A program made the position numbers and the translations under genes. The notes under the pieces were generated by a model. That model was not told where the DNA came from and did not search any database. It worked only from the letters and a program-made list of their open reading frames with translations. A stretch of 49,696 nucleotides of DNA from Polyangiales bacterium (GTDB lineage: Bacteria; Myxococcota_A; Polyangia; Polyangiales; Houyiibacteriaceae): contig JBGCFM010000088.1 of the NCBI GenBank assembly GCA_045106895.1, positions 1-49,696 on the forward strand, written 5' to 3'. Of the stretch, positions 44,101 through 49,696 are shown piece after piece (positions within the stretch are counted from its first letter, which is position 1; each line of letters starts with the position of its first letter).

Positions 44101-45183
44101 ATGAGCGAGAAGAAACGAATCCCCGTAAACCTCATCGCCGGACCTCTTGGAGTGGGGAAGACGACGATGATCAACCATCTTCTAAGCCAGCGTCCCCAAG
44201 AGGAACGGTGGGCTATTCTGGTGAACGAATATGGGCTCGTTGGTATCGACGCAGCCATGATGGAAGCCGGCGTCGCGCGCGGAGCTGCCGGAGTCGAGAT
44301 TCGCGAAGTCGCAGGAGGGTGTATCTGCTGCAGCGCCGCATTTATGTTCGAGGTGTCACTCGTTCGACTCTTGCAAAGACGCCCCCACCGTCTACTCATC
44401 GAGCCGACGGGCCTCGCAGCACTCTCTGGAATACTAGACACACTCGATCGACCAGGGATCCGGGAAGCCGTCGAACTCCGCAGTATCGTTTGCGCATTGG
44501 ACCTCCGGCGCTTCGACGACGAGCTTCGACAAGACGTGGTCAAAGACCAAGTCGAAGCGGCGGATGTGCTGCTTGGAAGCCGTCCAGATTTGGCCAGTGA
44601 TGAGCAACGTGCCTCGTTTCGCGAGTGGGCGGGGGCGCTCTTTCCGGCGAAGAGAGTCATCGGAGAAGTCGAAAACGGTCTCATGCCACTGTCACTCCTC
44701 GACGTCGTCAAAGGCCGCGCTAGCGTCGCCCCTCGCGGCGGCCATCGACACGGTACGGACCACTCGGAGCACCCAGGCGTCGATCATGGTCACGAAAGTT
44801 CTCATCGCGCTCATACCGAGGCCGAAGACACGGTCTGCGATGCTTCGACCCCGATTCTTCGACGCGCACACCATTCGAGCGTCACGGCCACGATCGGCTG
44901 GGTTTGCTGGTGCGAACTTGTCTTCGACGCGGAACAAATCGCGCTTTGGTTGCGTTCCTTAGCTCGCCTTCCCGGCGCCCGAAGGACGAAGGCAGTGTTT
45001 CACACGAACGATGGTTGGTGGAGCTTCAACTTCACGGATGGCGACGGTGACGTGCAACCCAGCAGCTACCGCCGCGACTCGCGGGTAGAGGTCGTGATCG
45101 ACATGGCGAACTTACCGGATGTGGATCACCTCGAAGAGACCTTGCGTCGCTGCGTCGCTTCCGCGTCCTCATCGAACACGTGA
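44101..45183 (+). CDS. COG0523/CobW-family (ZNG1-like) GTP-dependent metallochaperone
   Basis: GPLGVGKTT, VNEYG, GGCICC, IEPTG and a His-rich stretch. Confidence 0.92.
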   Translation: MSEKKRIPVNLIAGPLGVGKTTMINHLLSQRPQEERWAILVNEYGLVGIDAAMMEAGVARGAAGVEIREVAGGCICCSAAFMFEVSLVRLLQRRPHRLLIEPTGLAALSGILDTLDRPGIREAVELRSIVCALDLRRFDDELRQDVVKDQVEAADVLLGSRPDLASDEQRASFREWAGALFPAKRVIGEVENGLMPLSLLDVVKGRASVAPRGGHRHGTDHSEHPGVDHGHESSHRAHTEAEDTVCDASTPILRRAHHSSVTATIGWVCWCELVFDAEQIALWLRSLARLPGARRTKAVFHTNDGWWSFNFTDGDGDVQPSSYRRDSRVEVVIDMANLPDVDHLEETLRRCVASASSSNT

Positions 45184-45261
45184 CCCCGCCGAACGGAAGC
45201 ACGGGTTGCGGCATGGCCCGCGTATTGCGCCGCGTAGAGAGTTCGGCGTACGCTCCCCTCG

Positions 45262-45702
45262 GTGGGCCACTCGGTGTCTGAACAAGAAGCGCGGATGATT
45301 CTGAAGCACCATCAGCTTCGGGTGACGGCGCCACGGGTCGCCGTGTTGCAGGCACTCGCGGAAGTTGGCCGTCCCATTTCACACCAAGAGATGGTGGACT
45401 ACCTCGCTGACACTCCCTACGACCCTGCCACGCTCTATCGCAACCTGGTTCGTTTGGGTGAAGAAGGCATCGCGCCTGTTGTGAGTCACGCCGGCGGCGT
45501 GGATCGCTATGCACTTGCCGGAGCAGGCGATGGACACCGGCATCCACATTTCGTGTGTAGCGACTGCGGGATCGTGAAGTGCATTGAACTCGACAACAAC
45601 ATCAATGACTCGACTCTCGGGAAGCGTTGGGCAGATGCGATCGGTCGCGCGACGATCCAGCTTCAGGGCGATTGCCCCGACTGCCTGCGCTCCAAGCGCT
45701 GA
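45262..45702 (+). CDS. Fur-family transcriptional regulator (Zur-like)
   Basis: LRVTAPR, ATLYRNL, HRHPHFVCSDCG and GDCPDC. Confidence 0.9.
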   Translation: MGHSVSEQEARMILKHHQLRVTAPRVAVLQALAEVGRPISHQEMVDYLADTPYDPATLYRNLVRLGEEGIAPVVSHAGGVDRYALAGAGDGHRHPHFVCSDCGIVKCIELDNNINDSTLGKRWADAIGRATIQLQGDCPDCLRSKR

Positions 45703-45755
45703 AGCCTCTGCTGCTGCAACGCAAAAATGCAGTGCTGGGCTCCGCTTGAATGAGC

Positions 45756-46193
45756 TCAACTCGGCTCTAGAGCCGGATGGCGGTGGCGAAAACGAACTTG
45801 CTCGTAGATCCCTCCGAGAAGCAGCACGGCGACACCCATCCATTCGAGTGCGTGTAAGCTGTGAACCATGTGACCCATGAGCAAGAGGCAAGAACCGAGT
45901 GCAGCCACGCCAAGCGGCCAAATACGACGACTCCGCCAGCTGCGGTACCCGCTCACGACAAGAGAAAGCGACACGGCGACGGCCAAGAGTAGGTTGTGAT
46001 GCCAAGCTTGGAGGCCGATCCCGACGCCAAAGAGCGACAGCACTTTTGCATATGTGGCGACGCAGGCCGGGCAAAAGGCGCAGGCAACAAACGCAAGTAT
46101 CACCGGAAGCCAACGGCTCTGGTCTTCACCTTTGATGACCGGTCGATGGTTGCAACCACAGTTTTCACCATGCCCTTTGTGAGTGTGCGCCAT
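45756..46193 (-). CDS. MerC-like membrane metal transporter with His/Cys-rich N-terminus
   Basis: MAHTHKGHGENCGCNH, then CAFCPAC in TM1 (compare MerC CAACFP), about 4 TM, WHH and GHMVH. Confidence 0.72.
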   Translation of the reverse strand: MAHTHKGHGENCGCNHRPVIKGEDQSRWLPVILAFVACAFCPACVATYAKVLSLFGVGIGLQAWHHNLLLAVAVSLSLVVSGYRSWRSRRIWPLGVAALGSCLLLMGHMVHSLHALEWMGVAVLLLGGIYEQVRFRHRHPALEPS

Positions 46194-46199
46194 GACTCG

Positions 46200-46239
46200 A
46201 GGCTAGCCGTGCGCAAACGCATGTGCAAGTCGGTTGCAT
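46200..46239 (-). promoter_or_regulatory. Second palindrome ATGCAAC-CGA-CTTGCAC over the -35 of the merC-like promoter
   Basis: Palindrome at 46223-46239; minus-strand TTGCAC - 17 nt - TAGCCT - 6 nt - ATG. Confidence 0.7.
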
Positions 46240-46276
46240 TTGAGTCCGCTATTTCGAAACGCCTACGCCCCTTTCC

Positions 46277-47206
46277 ATGGCGGAAAAATCGCGTATAGCC
46301 ACCGCCGTGGCTCAGGGAGAAAAATCGAAGCAGGCCCCAGTATCCTCTCCAACGGACTCCGAACCCGCAACATGGGCGGCTCGTTTCGCCTCGCTTCATC
46401 CCAAGCGTCTTTTTGGCGAAACCTGGGCTGCCGCCGACGAGCGTGCCTTTGCCGAAAAGGCACGTCGCAAAGCCGCTGGCCTAGGAACCGACTGGCGACC
46501 TTTCTGGGCCATGGTTCTCGCGGGCTGCGTGCTCACCTTCTTGCGCTACGTGGGCGTCACCGACGGCTACATCCGATTCATGGCGGAAGAAGAAACCGAT
46601 GCCGCCTGGCAAGCGGTAATGGCGGCGCCAGACTTCTTCTTCGATTCCAAGGTCTGGTGGGCTGGCTGGCGCTTCGTCGGCTATGTGGTCGTCCCGGGAC
46701 TCTTCATCAAATTTGTGATGAAGGAGCGCATTACGGACTACGGCCTCAGCCTCAAAGGCGTCAAAGATCACGCGTGGATCTACGGCCTCGGGTTCGGCAT
46801 CGTCGTGATCGCAGTGTTCTTCGTCAGCTTCGACACCGCGTTCCAGAACAAGTACCCCATGTACGAGAACGCGGGCCGCAGCTATCGCGATCTCATGGCC
46901 TGGGAGCTCATCTACGCGACGCAGTTCTTCGCGCTCGAGTTCTTCTTTCGTGGTTACTGGCTCAAGACCTGCGAGCGCGTCATGGGCGGTCACGCGGTGA
47001 CCTGCATGGTCGTGCCCTACTGCATGATTCACTTCGGCAAACCATGGCCCGAGACCATCGGTGCAATCTTCGCGGGCCTACTCCTCGGAACCCTCGTTCT
47101 TCGCTACCGCTCGATCTGGGCAGGCGTCGTAGTCCACGTCTCCGTCGCCGTCAGCATGGACGTCCTCTCGCTCTGGCAAAAGGGACAGCTTCCTAGCGTT
47201 TGGTAG
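46277..47206 (+). CDS. CPBP/Abi (CAAX type II) intramembrane glutamic protease
   Basis: EFFFRG, IHFGKP...E and H in the last TM (VVVHV); multiple TM segments. Confidence 0.88.
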   Translation: MAEKSRIATAVAQGEKSKQAPVSSPTDSEPATWAARFASLHPKRLFGETWAAADERAFAEKARRKAAGLGTDWRPFWAMVLAGCVLTFLRYVGVTDGYIRFMAEEETDAAWQAVMAAPDFFFDSKVWWAGWRFVGYVVVPGLFIKFVMKERITDYGLSLKGVKDHAWIYGLGFGIVVIAVFFVSFDTAFQNKYPMYENAGRSYRDLMAWELIYATQFFALEFFFRGYWLKTCERVMGGHAVTCMVVPYCMIHFGKPWPETIGAIFAGLLLGTLVLRYRSIWAGVVVHVSVAVSMDVLSLWQKGQLPSVW

Positions 47207-47249
47207 TTGGTGGCGTGAGATGAAGGCCCTATAAGAAGTTCGGAAACCC

Positions 47250-47723
47250 ATGAGCAAAGACTTCGACATTGAGGACCTGAAGGTCCACCGCATCGAGCCC
47301 CTTCGCGACGGCAAGCAGCGCGTTCATTTGCCCGTCGCAGGCTCGCCGCCCCCTGGGCCCGCAGATGCCGTCGACGAAGCTTTCGGCGGGGATGATGAAC
47401 GTCACGAAACGGCTCCCGCGGAAGAGGTGCACGAACAGGTCATCGATGTTCTCAAGAGCATCTACGATCCTGAGATTCCGCTGAACGTTTACGACCTTGG
47501 CCTCATCTATGGCGTGGAGGTGCAAGACGAGGGCGACGTCGAGATCAAGATGACGCTCACCGCCCCCGCCTGTCCGGTCGCAGGTCAGATCGTCAAAGAT
47601 GTCGCCACGAAAGTCGGCGCTGTGAAGACGGTGCGCAAAGCGCATGTGCAGCTCGTTTGGGATCCACCCTGGACCAAAGACCGTATGACCGACGACGCGC
47701 TCCTAGAGCTTGGGCTTCTCTAG
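47250..47723 (+). CDS. DUF59/SufT-like Fe-S assembly protein
   Basis: YDPEIPLNVYDLGLIY, MTLTAPACP and VWDPPW. Confidence 0.93.
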   Translation: MSKDFDIEDLKVHRIEPLRDGKQRVHLPVAGSPPPGPADAVDEAFGGDDERHETAPAEEVHEQVIDVLKSIYDPEIPLNVYDLGLIYGVEVQDEGDVEIKMTLTAPACPVAGQIVKDVATKVGAVKTVRKAHVQLVWDPPWTKDRMTDDALLELGLL

Positions 47724-47783
47724 CAGAGCGCTTCGCGGCATTAACACGCCGTCAAACTCCTCCGATTCGTGCGACCGATGTTC

Positions 47784-48956
47784 CTACCAACCGGCGGGAG
47801 CCGAGTTGTACGCAGCGCGCAGTTTCGTGACCGCCGCGCGAGTCACCTCGAAGGCAGTGTCGATGTCGGCCTGTGTCGTCGAGCGACCAAGACCGTAGCG
47901 AATCGAAGACGCAGCGCGATCACGACTCAAGCCCATCGCGCGTAGAACATAGCTTGGCTCGCCGCTCCCCGTTGAACACGCGGAGCCACTGGACACAGCA
48001 ACGGTCTTGGCCATTTCAACCATCAGACTCCCGGGGTCGAGCCCGTCGATGCTCACATTGAGATTCCCAGGGTGGCGCGGACCGTCGAGGGGTGGCCCGT
48101 TCAGGAGTACGCCGCCGAGGCCCTGAAGCTTCGTGAAGAGCGTCTCGCGCAATGCACGAAGCCGAATCGCCTCCACGGCGGACTCGTCTCTTTGAAGCGC
48201 GCACGCCGCACCGAAGCCGACGATGCCTGGAACGTTCAATGTGCCGGAACGCATGCCAAACTCGTGACCGCCGCCGTCGATCTCCGCCACGAGCGAAACT
48301 CGAGGGTTTCGTCGACGGGCATAGAGCGCTCCGACCCCTTTAGGCCCGTAGACTTTGTGCGCGGTGAAGCTGACGAGGTCTACCGGGACCTGGCTAACGT
48401 CGAGGGGAATATAACCGAGCCCCTGACTCGCATCACAGTGAAGGTACACGCCACGTTCGCGGGTAATGGCGCCGAGGGCCGCTAGGTCCTGCGCTGCCCC
48501 GGTCTCGTTGTTGGTCCACATGACCGAGACGAGGATCGTCTTGTCGCTCATCGCCGCCCGGAGCGCATCTGGATCAACGAGGCCCTGAGAGTCCACGTCG
48601 AGGACAGTGACCCGAAACCCGCGGCGTTCGAGGCGGCGGGCGGAGTCGAGGACCGCTTTGTGCTCGGTACGCTGAGTGATGATATGGTCGCCTCGTTCAT
48701 GAAGCGCCTCCGCGACCCCCTTGACCGCGAGGTTGTCGCTCTCCGTGGCGCCGGACGTGAACGCGATCTCGCGCGCGCTCGCGCCGATGAGCGATGCGAC
48801 CTCTGCGCGCGCGCTCTCCACGGCGTTGAAGGCGGTGCGACCGAAGCCGTGATTGCGACTGGCGGCATTCCCCGGGTGCTCGCAAAAGTACGGAAGCATC
48901 GCGTCCAGGACGCGAGAGTCAACGGGCGTAGTGGCGTGGTGATCCAGGTAGATCAT
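47784..48956 (-). CDS. iscS: IscS/NifS-type cysteine desulfurase (group I)
   Basis: YLDHHATTP, SGATESDN, TAHKVYGPKG and SSGSAC. Confidence 0.93.
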   Translation of the reverse strand: MIYLDHHATTPVDSRVLDAMLPYFCEHPGNAASRNHGFGRTAFNAVESARAEVASLIGASAREIAFTSGATESDNLAVKGVAEALHERGDHIITQRTEHKAVLDSARRLERRGFRVTVLDVDSQGLVDPDALRAAMSDKTILVSVMWTNNETGAAQDLAALGAITRERGVYLHCDASQGLGYIPLDVSQVPVDLVSFTAHKVYGPKGVGALYARRRNPRVSLVAEIDGGGHEFGMRSGTLNVPGIVGFGAACALQRDESAVEAIRLRALRETLFTKLQGLGGVLLNGPPLDGPRHPGNLNVSIDGLDPGSLMVEMAKTVAVSSGSACSTGSGEPSYVLRAMGLSRDRAASSIRYGLGRSTTQADIDTAFEVTRAAVTKLRAAYNSAPAGW

Positions 48957-49074
48957 GGAGCCTCAATGATAGATGGCGGGCCTCGCTTCACCACCCCTAA
49001 GACATGACGCGGCGCGCCAAGAAGATGTAAACTCACAGGTTGGCGCGAGGCGTGACGAGCCCTACAATAGGTCC

Positions 49075-49431
49075 ATGAACGTGGCCGAAGTGAACGAAGA
49101 CCCCCGAATCAAGGTCACCCCGAAGGCCGTGGAGATGGGCAAAAAGCAGCTCGCGGACTCAGGGCAACGACCACTCGGGCTTCGTCTTGGAGTTAAAGGC
49201 GGCGGCTGCTCCGGCTACTACTATGTGTACGATGTCGCGAACAAGATCCGCGATCGCGACCTGGTGTACGAGTTCGACGGGCTCACCGTTGTCATCGACA
49301 ATCGCTCCGTTGAGCTCCTTGAGGGCGCCACCCTCGACTGGGAGCAGAAGCTCCTAGGCTACGGATTCAAGTGGCTCAATCCGAACGCCACCGGCGACTG
49401 CGGATGCGGCGCGTCCTTCACCACCGACTGA
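49075..49431 (+). CDS. iscA: A-type Fe-S carrier (IscA/SufA/HesB family)
   Basis: GVKGGGCSG and NPNATGDCGCGASF; TTGGCG-17-TACAAT promoter 6 nt before ATG 49075. Confidence 0.9.
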   Translation: MNVAEVNEDPRIKVTPKAVEMGKKQLADSGQRPLGLRLGVKGGGCSGYYYVYDVANKIRDRDLVYEFDGLTVVIDNRSVELLEGATLDWEQKLLGYGFKWLNPNATGDCGCGASFTTD

Positions 49432-49461
49432 GCGCGTTCGTCGAAGTCGACGAGGCCTGAA

Positions 49462-49695
49462 CTACTGACGAGCGCGGCGACGTGCGAGACGACGACGGCC
49501 TGCTCCTTCGACGTGGCGCTTGAACGTCCAAGGAATCTTCAGCACCCACTCATGCAGGCGCGTCTGGAGGGCACCCGTGAGCAGACCACTGCCGACGTCG
49601 ACCATCGCGCCGAAGCTCACGAGGGTTTTGCCCTCACCATGTGAACGCAGTCGAAAAAAACCCCAGGCGGCGCGAATGTCATGGGGACGGTCGGG
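49462..49695 (-). CDS. C-terminal part of a probable SRPBCC/START-like protein, cut by the window end
   Basis: Open frame PDRPHDIRAAWGFFRLRSHGEGKTLVSFGAMVDVGSGLL...RRRARQ* that is absent from the ORF track. Confidence 0.55.
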   Translation of the reverse strand, partial: PDRPHDIRAAWGFFRLRSHGEGKTLVSFGAMVDVGSGLLTGALQTRLHEWVLKIPWTFKRHVEGAGRRRLARRRARQ

Positions 49696-49696
49696 G

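Noticed and set aside
45714..45732. CTGCA-N9-TGCAG as a third Zur-like box
   Set aside because: Wrong spacing, located between convergent 3' ends, and not over a promoter.
4653..49431. Selenocysteine or stop-codon readthrough in TrxA, MsrB, glutaredoxin and IscA/HesB
   Set aside because: All are full length with no in-frame TGA at catalytic positions.

Overview
High-GC bacterial chromosomal segment. The gene content suggests Myxococcota, probably Polyangiales/Sandaracinaceae-like; this is inferred from the ccsA-hemA-hemC order, several Hanks kinases, an ECF-FecR pair and Cys/Asp-rich lipoproteins. The left part is core genome: ccsA-hemA-hemC, trxA, and rpsO-pnp-dut followed by a membrane pseudokinase. 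The middle is a patchwork of signalling and accessory genes: a degenerate sigma54-type activator coupled to a kinase-STAND ATPase, an EEP lipoprotein, an exported MsrB, a PilZ-like gene plus a small Zn-ribbon ORF, ECF/FecR, a sterol-desaturase-family gene, a Ser/Thr kinase, HDOD-GGDEF, a Cys-less glutaredoxin, a polyprenol kinase, pip, GST, a stand-alone GyrB-ATPase paralogue and an ECF41 operon. The right part is an Fe-S/metal island. It runs rrf2-sufB-[lipoprotein]-sufC-sufD-sufS, then a COG0523/Fur-family/MerC-like module whose two promoters each carry the same 7-3-7 palindrome over the -35 box, then a CPBP protease, sufT-like, iscS and iscA. I recognised no tRNA, rRNA, CRISPR array or transposase. 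The best leads are the palindrome-defined metal regulon inside the SUF locus, the lipoprotein inside the suf operon, the pseudo-EBP/STAND-kinase pair, the lone GyrB N-terminal paralogue and apparently widespread leaderless transcription. All calls come from motif recognition by eye; no database searches were run.
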